NCBI GenBank assembly: GCA_036381125.1
Contig: DASVDK010000070.1
Coordinates: forward strand, 1-47,562
Origin: Thermodesulfobacteriota bacterium
Lineage (GTDB): Bacteria > DASVDK01
Direction: 5' to 3'
Length of the DNA stretch: 47,562 nucleotides
Under the pieces are notes generated by a model. It had not been told where the DNA came from, did no database searches, and saw only the letters and a program-made list of their open reading frames with translations. The position numbers and the translations under genes were made by a program. Every line of letters starts with the position of its first letter. Position 1 is the stretch's first letter. Positions 1 to 11,557 of this stretch are shown here, piece by piece.

Positions 1-1560
1 GACGCCGTCCTGCGCTGCCTGCGCGAGACCCCGCCCACGCCCGACGAGGTCGACTTCGGCCGCGACACCGCCGTCGAGATCGTCGACCTCGCCGGCGCCG
101 CGCTCGTGCCCGGCTTCGTCGACGCCCACGTTCACCTGACCCTCCTTGCCGTGCGCGACGACGGGCTCGCGCTCGGCGGGCTCGCGTCGATCGAGCGCGT
201 CCTCGACGCCGTGGCGGCCGAGGCCGCGCGGCTGCCGTCCGGGGCGCCGCTGGTCGGCATCGGCTGGGACGACTCGGGGTGGGGGCGCCTGCCGACGCGC
301 GGCGACCTCGACCGCGTCGCGCCCGACCGGCCGGTCCTGCTCCTCCGCAAGGACGCGCACCTCCTCTGGCTCAACTCGGCCGCCCTCGCGCACTACGGCT
401 TCGAGACGCCGGCCGGCCCGGCGTCCCGGGACGCGGCCTTCGTCGACCGCGACGCGGACACCGGACGGCCGACCGGGCTCGTGCGCGAACTCCTCGCGCT
501 CGAGCTGGTGCGCGACCGGCTGCCCCCCACGCCGCCGGCGCTCGCCCTCGCGCGGCTCGACCGGACGATCCGCGCCGCGTCGGCGGCCGGCGTGACCGGC
601 GTGACGACGTTCGAGGGGCGGGAGGCGGCAACGCTGCTGCGCCGCCGTCTCGAGGCCGGAGCGCGCGACCTGCGCGTGGCGCTCGGGGCGCCGGCCGCCG
701 AGGCCGCGGCCGCGGCGCGTCTCGGCCCCGCGGCCGGGCCGGACGGCGACTGGCTCGTGGCCGGCCCGGCGAAGCTCTTCCTCGACGGGAGCCTCGGGTC
801 GCGCACCGCGCGGCTGCTCGAGCCCTACGAGGCGGCCGGCCTCGCCGAGCCGGGCTGCGGCCCGGACGGGTGCGGTCTCGTGGTGACGCCGGACGCGCAG
901 GCCCGGGCGATGATGCGGGAGGCGCTCGCCGCCGGCCTGCCGCTCGCCGTGCACGCCATCGGCGACGCGGCGGTCCGCGCGGCGCTCGACGCCTTCGAGG
1001 CGGCACGGGCCGGCGAGCCGTCCGCGTACGCGCGCCTCGCGCCGAGGTCGCGCGTCGAGCACGTCCAGCTCTGCCACCCGACCGACCTGCCGCGCTTCGC
1101 CGCGCTCGGCGTGTCGGCGTCGGTGCAGCCGGCCCACGCGCCTTCGGACATGGAGCTGTCCGAGCGCTACTGGGGCGCCGCGCGCTCGGCGCGCGCCTAC
1201 CCGTACGCGAGCCTCGTGCGCGCCGGCGCCAGGCTCGTGGTCGGCACCGATGCGCCGGTCGAGCCGATCGCGCCGCTCGCCACGCTCCACGCCGCCCTCA
1301 CCCGGCAGCGGCGCGACGGCACGCCGGCCGGCGGCTGGCAGCCGCACGAGCGGCTCGACGCGGCGACCGTGATCGACGCCTACACGATCGGCGCGGCGTC
1401 GTCCGCGGGCCTGCGCGGCGTCGGCCGCCTGGCGCCCGGTTGGCTCGCCGACGCGGTCGCCGTCTCGGTCGATCCCTTCCGCGACCCTCCCGAGCGGCTC
1501 GCCGAGGCCGAGGTGCGGCTCGTCGTCGTCGCCGGCCGGGTCGTCTTCCCAGCCGGCTAG
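1..1560 (+). CDS. Amidohydrolase family 3 (YtcJ-like) metal-dependent hydrolase, 5' end outside window
   Basis: Frame is open from base 1 (…EIVDLAGAALVPGFVDAHVH). Motifs DAHVH, KLFLDGSLGSRTA, VHAIGD, RVEH, GTDAP; TAG at 1558-1560. Confidence 0.9.
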   Translation, partial: DAVLRCLRETPPTPDEVDFGRDTAVEIVDLAGAALVPGFVDAHVHLTLLAVRDDGLALGGLASIERVLDAVAAEAARLPSGAPLVGIGWDDSGWGRLPTRGDLDRVAPDRPVLLLRKDAHLLWLNSAALAHYGFETPAGPASRDAAFVDRDADTGRPTGLVRELLALELVRDRLPPTPPALALARLDRTIRAASAAGVTGVTTFEGREAATLLRRRLEAGARDLRVALGAPAAEAAAAARLGPAAGPDGDWLVAGPAKLFLDGSLGSRTARLLEPYEAAGLAEPGCGPDGCGLVVTPDAQARAMMREALAAGLPLAVHAIGDAAVRAALDAFEAARAGEPSAYARLAPRSRVEHVQLCHPTDLPRFAALGVSASVQPAHAPSDMELSERYWGAARSARAYPYASLVRAGARLVVGTDAPVEPIAPLATLHAALTRQRRDGTPAGGWQPHERLDAATVIDAYTIGAASSAGLRGVGRLAPGWLADAVAVSVDPFRDPPERLAEAEVRLVVVAGRVVFPAG

Positions 1561-1564
1561 CCCC

Positions 1565-1614
1565 GGGGGTCAGGTCTTTCCATTTTCCAGGGGGTCAGGT
1601 CTTTCCGTTTTCCA
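1565..1614 (+). repeat. Two tandem 25-bp units of the dispersed GGGGGTCAGGTCTTTCCRTTTTCCA element
   Basis: 1565-1589 gggggtcaggtctttccattttcca and 1590-1614 gggggtcaggtctttccgttttcca, 4 bp after the amidohydrolase stop. Confidence 0.95.
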
Positions 1615-1654
1615 TGGGGCCGGCGGGATGGCGCCTCGCGGCGGCGCATCTCCG

Positions 1655-2875
1655 CTACTTGCCAGGGGAGGTGCGGCCGAGGACGACGGCGAGCGCCCAC
1701 GCGAACGCGAGCGAGGCGCTCGCCATGCCGAACGGGATCCGGTAGTCGGCCGTGAGGTCGAAGAGGAGCCCCCCGACGAACGGGCCCGCGGCGCTGCCGA
1801 GCCCGTGGAAGAGCGTGATGGCGCCGAAGATCGTGCCGAAGCGGCGGCCCGGGAAGCGCGCGGCCGCCTCCGCCGCGAGGATCGGCCCGCGGGCGCCGAA
1901 GCCCAGGCCGAACACGATCGCGTACAGCGTGAGGACGAGCCCGCTGCCGGTCTCGCCGGCCAGGACGAGCAGGCCGATGCCGGCGATGGAGCAGGCGAAG
2001 GAGACACCGAGCGCCACCCCCCGGCCGACGTAGTCGGACCCCACGCCGAAGACGAGCCTCCCCACGCCGCTCATGAACCCCACGAGGCCGAAGGCGCTGG
2101 CGGCCCCGAGCCGGTCGAATCCCGCGTCCACGGCGTACACGACCTGGTGTGCGGCGATCATGAAGACGCCGAACGAGATGGAGAAGAACTCCGCGGCGAA
2201 TCCCCAGAAGTCGTGCGTCCGGAGCGCCTCGCGGAGCCCCATCCCCTCCGTGACCGCGGCAGTGCGCGGCGTCGACGGGCCGGGCGCCGCGTCCTCCCGT
2301 TCGTCCGGCCGCGGCGGACGCTGCACGGCCCAGTTGGCCGGCACCGCGAGGCCGAGCACGAACAGGCCCAGTACCAGGAACGCCGCACGCCACCCGACGC
2401 GCAGGATCAGCCACTGGACGAACGGCACCAGGACGATCGTCCCGATGCCCATGCCCGCGTAGGCGATGGCGTTGACCGTGGCGAGCCGACGGCTGAACCA
2501 GCGCGCGAGGATGGGCGCCATGCCGACCCACGTGAGCGCCGCCGCACCGAAGCCGACCATGAGGCCGTAGGTGACGTAGAGCTGCCACGGATGCGAGATG
2601 CCGGCGGAGAGGAGGAGCCCCGCGCCGAGGAGCGACGCGCCGCCCACGGTCTGCGTGCGCGCCCCGAGCCGGTCGTGGAGGACGCCGATCGGCAGCGACC
2701 CGAGCCCCTGCGACAGCATCAGGACCGAGTAGACGCCGACGGTGCCGGTGCGCCCGCCCTCGAACTCCTCGAGCAGCGCGCCGTAGAAGACCGAGAAGCC
2801 GAGCGTGATCCCGGTCGCGAGTGCCATGTTGGCGAAGGCGAGCGCGAGGATGTACGCGGCGTGTCGCGAGGGCAC
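1655..2875 (-). CDS. MFS transporter (OFA/MCT-like)
   Basis: 406 aa with about 12 hydrophobic segments; MFS motif A variants GVLHDRLGAR and GVGSDYVGRG; GTG start. Confidence 0.9.
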   Translation of the reverse strand: MPSRHAAYILALAFANMALATGITLGFSVFYGALLEEFEGGRTGTVGVYSVLMLSQGLGSLPIGVLHDRLGARTQTVGGASLLGAGLLLSAGISHPWQLYVTYGLMVGFGAAALTWVGMAPILARWFSRRLATVNAIAYAGMGIGTIVLVPFVQWLILRVGWRAAFLVLGLFVLGLAVPANWAVQRPPRPDEREDAAPGPSTPRTAAVTEGMGLREALRTHDFWGFAAEFFSISFGVFMIAAHQVVYAVDAGFDRLGAASAFGLVGFMSGVGRLVFGVGSDYVGRGVALGVSFACSIAGIGLLVLAGETGSGLVLTLYAIVFGLGFGARGPILAAEAAARFPGRRFGTIFGAITLFHGLGSAAGPFVGGLLFDLTADYRIPFGMASASLAFAWALAVVLGRTSPGK

Positions 2876-2887
2876 GGGGGAAGTATA
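2875..2887 (-). promoter_or_regulatory. -10 element TATACT 6 nt before the GTG start (leaderless promoter)
   Basis: Minus strand reads TATACT-TCCCCC-GTG; no SD. Confidence 0.6.
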
Positions 2888-3029
2888 CTGCTCGGCCGCG
2901 AGTCTACCTCCCCTGCCGAGTTGCCGCCCGCTCGGCCCGGCGTCGACGGCCGCCGCGGGTGCGACGGCATCGCGCCCTGCGGGATGCCGCCCGTCGCCGC
3001 GCCAGCCCCGGCGCGTCGACGCGGGGGCG

Positions 3030-3170
3030 TCAGCGCGCCGCGAGCGGCGCGACGCAGTCGGGCGCGTCGTGACGAGGGTTGTTCACCGCCGTGGAGACCG
3101 GCTCGGCCACGAGCCGGTCGTCGGGCGCGGGGCGCAGGAGCGCGCGCAGCCGGCCGGCCGACGCGGCCGC
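3030..3170 (-). pseudogene. C-terminal remnant of an SOS response-associated peptidase (SRAP/YedK family)
   Basis: Minus frame reads …LRALLRPAPDDRLVAEPVSTAVNNPRHDAPDCVAPLAAR* (stop 3030-3032), matching the SRAP C-terminal PVS-x-x-VN-x-P-R-x-D-x-P-x-C pattern. No start codon before ychF. Confidence 0.65.
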
Positions 3171-3196
3171 CTCGCCGAACCCTCGGGACGCTCCGC

Positions 3197-3211
3197 TATA
3201 CTGCCCCCATG
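3197..3211 (+). promoter_or_regulatory. -10 element TATACT 6 nt before ychF ATG (leaderless promoter)
   Basis: TATACT 3197-3202, GCCCCC, ATG 3209; no SD. Confidence 0.65.
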
Positions 3212-4273
3212 CGAATCGGCATCGTCGGCTTGCCGCGCGCCGGCAAGACCACCATCTTCAACGCGCTCACCGGCGCCCAGGCGGCGACCGGCTCGTTCGG
3301 CGCCGGCGGCAAGAAGGCCAACCTCGGCGTCATCAAGGTTCCCGATCCGCGGCTCGATCGGCTCGCGGAGATCTTCAAGCCGAAGAAGGTCACCCCGGCC
3401 GAGATCGCCTTCGCCGACATCCCCGGGGCGCCGGAAGGCGCGGAGATCGGCAGGGAGGCGGCCACCATCGACCTCATCAAGGGCTGCGACGCGCTCGCCG
3501 TCGTCGTGCGCGCCTTCCCGGGCGAGGAGGTGCCGCACCCGAAGGGCTCGGTGGACCCGGCGCGCGATCTCGCCGCCATCGAGAACGAGCTCGTGCTCCT
3601 CGACCTCATCGTGGCCGAGCGGCGGGTCGAGCGGATGGCCAAGGAGCGCAAGGCGAGCGCCGTCGAGCAGGAGGCGGTGACGAAGGCGAAGGCGTGGCTC
3701 GAGCAGGAGAAGCCGCTTCGCACGCTCGACCTCTCCCCCGACGAGCGCAAGGCCATCGCCGGCTTCAGGTTCCTCACCGAGAAGCCGGTTCTCGTCGTGG
3801 TGAACCTCCCGGAGACGGGCGAGCCGGGGCTCGCGGCCGTCGAGGCGGAGGCGGGCGCGAGAGGGCTGCCGGTCATCGCGCTCAGGGGGCAGATCGAGAT
3901 GGAGGTCGCCTCGCTGCCGGCCGAGGAGCAGGCGGCCTTCCTCGCCGGTTTCGGCCTCACCGAGTCGGCGCGCGACGCCTTCATCCGCGCCGCCTACGCG
4001 CTCTCGCAGCTCATCAGCTTCCTCACCGCCGGCGACGACGAGGTGCGCGCCTGGCCGATCCGCCGCGGCACGAACGCCCAGCAGGCGGGGGGCAAGATCC
4101 ACTCGGACATCGAGCGGGGCTTCATCCGCGCCGAGGTCGTCGCCTACGACGACTTCATGGCGCTGCCGCAGAAGACGATGGCGAAGGCGCGCGAGGCGGG
4201 GAAGCTCCGGCTCGAGGGGAAGGACTACATCGTCCGCGACGGGGACATCATCAACTTCCGCTTCGCCGTCTGA
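3209..4273 (+). CDS. ychF: Ribosome-binding ATPase YchF (Obg family)
   Basis: MRIGIVGLPRAGKTTIFNALT (P-loop), DIPG, LTEKP, AGGKIHSDIERGFIRAEV, GKLRLEGKDYIVRDGDIINFRF. The real start is the ATG at 3209, not 1628. Confidence 0.96.
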   Translation: MRIGIVGLPRAGKTTIFNALTGAQAATGSFGAGGKKANLGVIKVPDPRLDRLAEIFKPKKVTPAEIAFADIPGAPEGAEIGREAATIDLIKGCDALAVVVRAFPGEEVPHPKGSVDPARDLAAIENELVLLDLIVAERRVERMAKERKASAVEQEAVTKAKAWLEQEKPLRTLDLSPDERKAIAGFRFLTEKPVLVVVNLPETGEPGLAAVEAEAGARGLPVIALRGQIEMEVASLPAEEQAAFLAGFGLTESARDAFIRAAYALSQLISFLTAGDDEVRAWPIRRGTNAQQAGGKIHSDIERGFIRAEVVAYDDFMALPQKTMAKAREAGKLRLEGKDYIVRDGDIINFRFAV

Positions 4274-4280
4274 GGCGGAA

Positions 4281-4305
4281 GGGGGGCAGGCCTTTCCATT
4301 TTCCA
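4281..4305 (+). repeat. Single degenerate 25-bp unit of the dispersed element
   Basis: ggggggcaggcctttccattttcca (2 mismatches to consensus), 7 bp after the ychF stop. Confidence 0.85.
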
Positions 4306-4610
4306 CTCGCCCCGAGCGATCCTGCCCTTGCGCCTCCCCGGACAGCCCTTCAACCGGCCTCCCGGCGCGCGGGGCCTCTCCAGAGCGCCGTCGGGACGTC
4401 GTCCCGCCCGGGGCAGCGCCGCTCGAAGGACGAGGGCCGCGAGCCGAGGCAGGTCCCTCGAAGGGCTGTGCAGGCGGAAGGTCCCTGCCGGTAACCATGC
4501 GGAAAGAGAAGGATCCATAAGTAGAACCAGCGCTCGCTCGCGGCATGCCGACGGCGCCTCCGCTATCAGGGGCCGACTGCGAAACGGCGTTCGAGACCGA
4601 GGGCGAGCGG

Positions 4611-5606
4611 ATGCACTTCGGCGTCTTCACGGTCCTCGACCACTACCTCGACCTCCCACGCAGCGTCGATCAGCTCTACGACGAGGTGATCGAGCAGGCC
4701 GTCGCGGCGGAGGAGCTGGGCTTCGGTTCCTTCCGGGTGGCCGAGCACCACTTCCACGAGTACGGCGCCTGCCCGAACCCCGCCGTGCTCCTCGCGGCCA
4801 TCGCCGCCCGGACCCGCCGCATCCGTCTCGGCGTGGCGGTGAGCGTCCTGCCCTTCCACCACCCGCTCGAGGTCGCCGAGGCGTACGCGATGGTCGACCG
4901 CCTGTCCGGCGGCCGACTCGACCTCGGCGTCGGCAGCGGCTACCTCGCGCACGAGTTCGCCGGCTACGGCATCGATCCGGAGGAGAAGCGCGCCCGCTTC
5001 GACGAGGCGCTCCCGCTCGTGCTCCGCGCGATGGCGGGCGAGCGGATCCACCACGCCGGGCGCTTCTACCGGGTGGACGGCGTGCAGCTCAACGTCGCGG
5101 CGATCCAGCGGCCGCATCCGCCGTACTGGGTCGCGCTCCTCAGGCGGGAGGCGGTGGCGCACGTCGGCCGGCAGGGACGGCCGATCATGATGGTCCCCTA
5201 CGCGTCGGTCGACCGCCTCGAGGAGATGGAGGGCGTGCTCGGGGACTATCACCGGGCCCGTCGCGAAGGCGGTCACGACGTCGACGCGGCCGACGTGCCG
5301 CTGGCGTTCCACGTCCACGTCGGCGACGACGCGACGTCGGTCCGGGCCGCGGCCGAGGCGGCGATGACCCGCTACGTCCGGACGCGCCTCTACGCGAAGC
5401 GCGCCGAGTACGACTCGCTCGTCGAGCGGCGCATGGTCCTCTTCGGCGATCCGGACCTGGTGAGCGCGCAGGTCGCCGACCTCGAGCGCTGGGGGATGAC
5501 CCGGCTCCTGGCCATGGTGAACTTCGGCGGGCTCGGCCACCGCACGGCGCTCCGCGTCATGGAGCGCCTGGGCCGAGTCGGCCGAGAGCCGTTGGAGGGA
5601 GCAGGA
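4611..5606 (+). CDS. LLM-class (luciferase-like) flavin-dependent oxidoreductase; no stop codon, runs in frame into the next gene
   Basis: MHFGVF…AEELGF…VAEHHF…PNPAVLLAAIAARTRRIRLG…EAYAMVDRLSGGRLDLGVGSGY. The end coordinate is set at the next gene's ATG. Confidence 0.85.
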
Positions 5607-6601
5607 ATGATGATGCGCACACGACGCGAATGGCTCGGCTCCGCCGCCGCGGCGGCGGCCCTGGCCGCCGTCCCGAGGCGCGCGCGGGCGCAGGGCGAGC
5701 CGTACCGGATCGGCGCCGTGCTCGAGCTGTCGGGGCCGGCCTCCATCTGGGGACGGCCGCAGGGCGAGAGCATCCAGATGGTGGCCGACGACGTCAACGC
5801 GAAGGGGGGGATCGGCGGCCGGAAGATCGAGCTGATCGTCTACGACAACGAGTCGAAGGAGACCAACTCGCTCGTCCTCGCCAAGCGCCTCGTGGAGCAG
5901 GACGGCGTCCTCGGCATCATCGGCGCCGGCACGACGCCGACGACCATGCCGATGATCCCGTACGTCACGCAGGCCGAGGTCCCGCTCGTCTCCATGGGCT
6001 CCGCCGACGTGATCGTCAAGCCGCCGGCCGAGCGCCGCTGGGCCTTCAAGACGCCGAACAACACGAGCGACATCTCACCAGGGCGAGGGCGTCGGGCGTC
6101 AAGGCGATCGTCGTGTGGGCCATCCCGCCCGCGGCGCCGCTGGTGGCCAGGAGCGCGGCGGAGCTGGGGCTCCCGCGCGAGCTGCAGATGGTGCACGACC
6201 ACGGCGCAGGCAGCTCGCCCGCGTTCATCGACCTGGCGGGAGGGGCCGCGGAGGGGACGGTGCTCGTCACGGCGAAGCTCCCAGTCGCCGAGCAGCTCCC
6301 GGACTCCGACCCGCAAAAGCCGCTGCTGCTCGCCTACGCGAAGACCTACCGCGAGCGCACCGGTCAGCCGCCCTCGGCCATCGGCGGGATGGCGTACGAC
6401 GCGATGCTCTTCTACGCGAAGGCGCTCGGCGCGGCGGGGGCCGACCGGGCGAAGCTGCGCGACGCCCTCGAGGCGACCAGGGGGCTCGTCGGCGTCACCG
6501 GCGTCTTCTCGATGGGCCCCGAGGACCACAACGGGCTGACCGTGGCGCACCTCGAGCTGGCCCGCGTCGAGGGGGGCAAGCAGGTCCGCCTGACGCTGTG
6601 A
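5607..6601 (+). pseudogene. LivJ/LivK-type ABC substrate-binding protein with Tat signal; internal deletion and frameshift near 6074
   Basis: SD GGAGG before ATG 5607; TRREWL…ARA Tat-like signal; YRIGAVLELSGPAS…VNAKGGIGGRKIELIVYDNES. The frame switches at KTPNNTSDI / LTRARASGVKAIVVW and a family-typical segment is missing. Confidence 0.8.
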
Positions 6602-7987
6602 TGGCGGCCGCCGACCTCCTGCAGTTCGTCCTGTCGGGGCTGTCGGTCGGCGGCATCTACGCGCTGGTCGCCGTCGGCTTCGTGACGATCCACGCGGTGA
6701 CCGGCGTCATCAACTTCGCGCAGAGCGAGCTGGCGATGTCGGGCGCGCTCGCGGCCGCGGTGCTGGCCGCGGCCGGCCTGCCGCTGCCGCTCGCCGTGGC
6801 GGCGGCCGTCGTGGTCGGGGCGGCGGTGGGGCTCGTGGTGGACCGCGCTACCGTCTGGCCCGCCCTCCGGCGACGGCGGATGGGCGCCGTCGCGGACGTG
6901 GTGCTGATCCTCCTGACGATCGGCGCCTCGATCGCGCTGCGCGGCCTGGCGCTCGCGGTCTTCGGCAGCGAGCCCTACGCCCTCGGCCCCTTCACGCCGG
7001 GTAGGCCGCTCGTCCTGGCCGGTGCGGTCGTCCCCCGGCAGACCCTCTGGGTGCTCGGGCTGTCGGCCGCGACCATGGCCGCGCTGGCGGTCTTCTTCGG
7101 GCGGACGCAGCTGGGGGCGGCGCTGCGCGCCTGCGCCATGAACCGCGACGCCGCGAAGCTCGCCGGCGTCTCGCCCGCCCGCATGTCGGCGCTCGCCTTC
7201 GGCCTGGCCTGCGCCGTGGCGCCGCTCCCCTGTGTCCTGGGCGGCTACCCGCTCTCGCTCCTCATCGTGATCGGCCTCCACGCCACCGCCGTCCTCGGCC
7301 TGTCGATCCTGATGGGGCAGGTGGGGCAGGTCTCGCTCGCCCAAGGGGGCCTTCTACGGGCTCGGCGCCTACGGCTCCGCGATCCTCGCGCTGCACGGGG
7401 GGCTCTCGCCGCTCGTCTCGATGCCGGTCGCCGTGGCGCTCGCCGCCGTCGTCGCGCTCGCCCTCGGCCTGCCGGCCGTTCGCCTGGGCGGCCACCACCT
7501 CGCCCTCGCGACGCTCGGCTTCGGCATCATCGTGTTCCTCGTCTTCAACGAGGAGGGCGAATGGACCGGCGGCCCCTCGGGGACCCTCGGGATCCCGCCG
7601 GTTGCGATCCTCGACGCGACGCTCGCGACCGACCGGGCGTACGCGTACCTGGTCTGGGCGGTCCTCCTCGCGGCGCTCGCGCTCGCGCGCGGGCTCATGG
7701 CCTCGCCGGTCGGACGGGCCTTTCGCGCCGTCGCCGCCTCCGAGGTGGCGGCCGGCGCGCTCTACGCCCACTGGCTCACCTTCGTGAGCCCCACCGCCTT
7801 TCGGCTTCGAGACCTCGATCGAGTTCCTCGTCATGGCGGTCCTCGGCGGGCTCGGGAGCCTCTACGGCGCGCTCCTCGGCGCGGCGGCGGTCACGCTGCT
7901 CGTCGAGGGGCTGCGCAGCGTCGTCCACGCCGTCGCGCCGGACGCCACCGGGTGGGTGGAGATCGTCGCGTTCGGGCTGATCCTGTC
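6601..7987 (+). pseudogene. Fused and frameshifted LivH/LivM branched-chain amino acid ABC permeases
   Basis: LivH N-terminal part (GIYALVAVGF…GVINFAQ…RTQLGAALRA) is joined near 7220 to LivM (…GQVSLAQG). There is a +1 G in G5 at 7345-7349, a deletion at EVAA/GALYAH near 7753, and a +1 T at 7799-7801. Confidence 0.8.
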
Positions 7988-8199
7988 GGGCTCGCCCCCC
8001 TCGTGGTTGCCGAGATCCTCGGCGTGCTGACGGGGCTCGCCGCCTGCGGGCTGCCGGTGCTGCTCGTCGGGCAGAACGCGCGGGCCGCGCTCGCGGCGGC
8101 CCGCCGGGCTGCGGTCCTCGAGCGCGGGCGGATCGTGCTGGCGGGCGGCGCCGCGGAAGTGGCCGGCGACCCCCGCGTCCGCGACGCGTACCTGGGGAC

Positions 8200-8203
<4 letters not shown>
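7988..8203 (+). pseudogene. C-terminal remnant of a LivF-type ABC ATPase
   Basis: GLAPLVVAEI…LLVGQNARAAL…VLERGRIVLAG…DPRVRDAYLG*. Walker A, the signature motif and all of livG are absent. Confidence 0.8.
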
Positions 8204-11088
<2,885 letters not shown>

Positions 11089-11189
11089 CGGTGCCTCGTC
11101 TCCGTGGCTGGGTCCGGGGCTTTCGCGTGCCATAGTTTGGCGTGCGAAGTCAAGGCTTTTCCGGGCGCGCTCGGGGCGTGAGTCCCTGG

Positions 11190-11229
11190 TTGACAGGGGG
11201 CCCGCCGCGGGGTAAAAGCGGCCGCCATG
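11190..11229 (+). promoter_or_regulatory. Sigma70-type promoter TTGACA-17-TAAAAG, 8 nt before ATG
   Basis: TTGACA 11190-11195, 17-bp spacer, TAAAAG 11213-11218, ATG 11227. Confidence 0.55.
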
Positions 11230-11469
11230 CCGACGCCCGCGACCACCCGTCAGCCGTCCGCCTGCCCCCGTTGCGCCAGGGCGATCGGCGGCGAGGTCAA
11301 GGCGGCGACGGCGCTGGACGGCAGCGTCATCTGCGAGTCCTGCCAGCACGCGGAACTCGACGAGCTGATCGAGCTACTCGAACGGACGACGCCGGGGCCG
11401 GCCCTGCCTGCGAACCTCATCCCCGTGGAGGAGCGTCGACGGGCGCGGCAGGGGGGCGCCGGCCGCTGA
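11227..11469 (+). CDS. Small hypothetical protein with two CxxC motifs (putative zinc finger)
   Basis: 80 aa with CPRC…CESC, GC3-rich codons and a dedicated promoter. Confidence 0.65.
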   Translation: MPTPATTRQPSACPRCARAIGGEVKAATALDGSVICESCQHAELDELIELLERTTPGPALPANLIPVEERRRARQGGAGR

Positions 11470-11557
11470 TCGGGGTCGGCGGCCCGATGCCGGTTGCCGG
11501 CCGCGCCGCCGTTGCCTCGGAGCCGGGATCGCCGACGCGCGAGGAGAGCCGACGACC

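Noticed and set aside
1628-3208. 881-aa ORF suggesting a long N-terminal extension of YchF
   Set aside because: The extension is the antisense shadow of the MFS gene; YchF homology and a -10 element define ATG 3209.
4342-4490. SRP (ffs) or 6S RNA call for the long hairpin
   Set aside because: No SRP helix-8 CAGG/GNRA/AGCA arrangement at the apex and no clear 6S central bubble; kept only as an unassigned structure.
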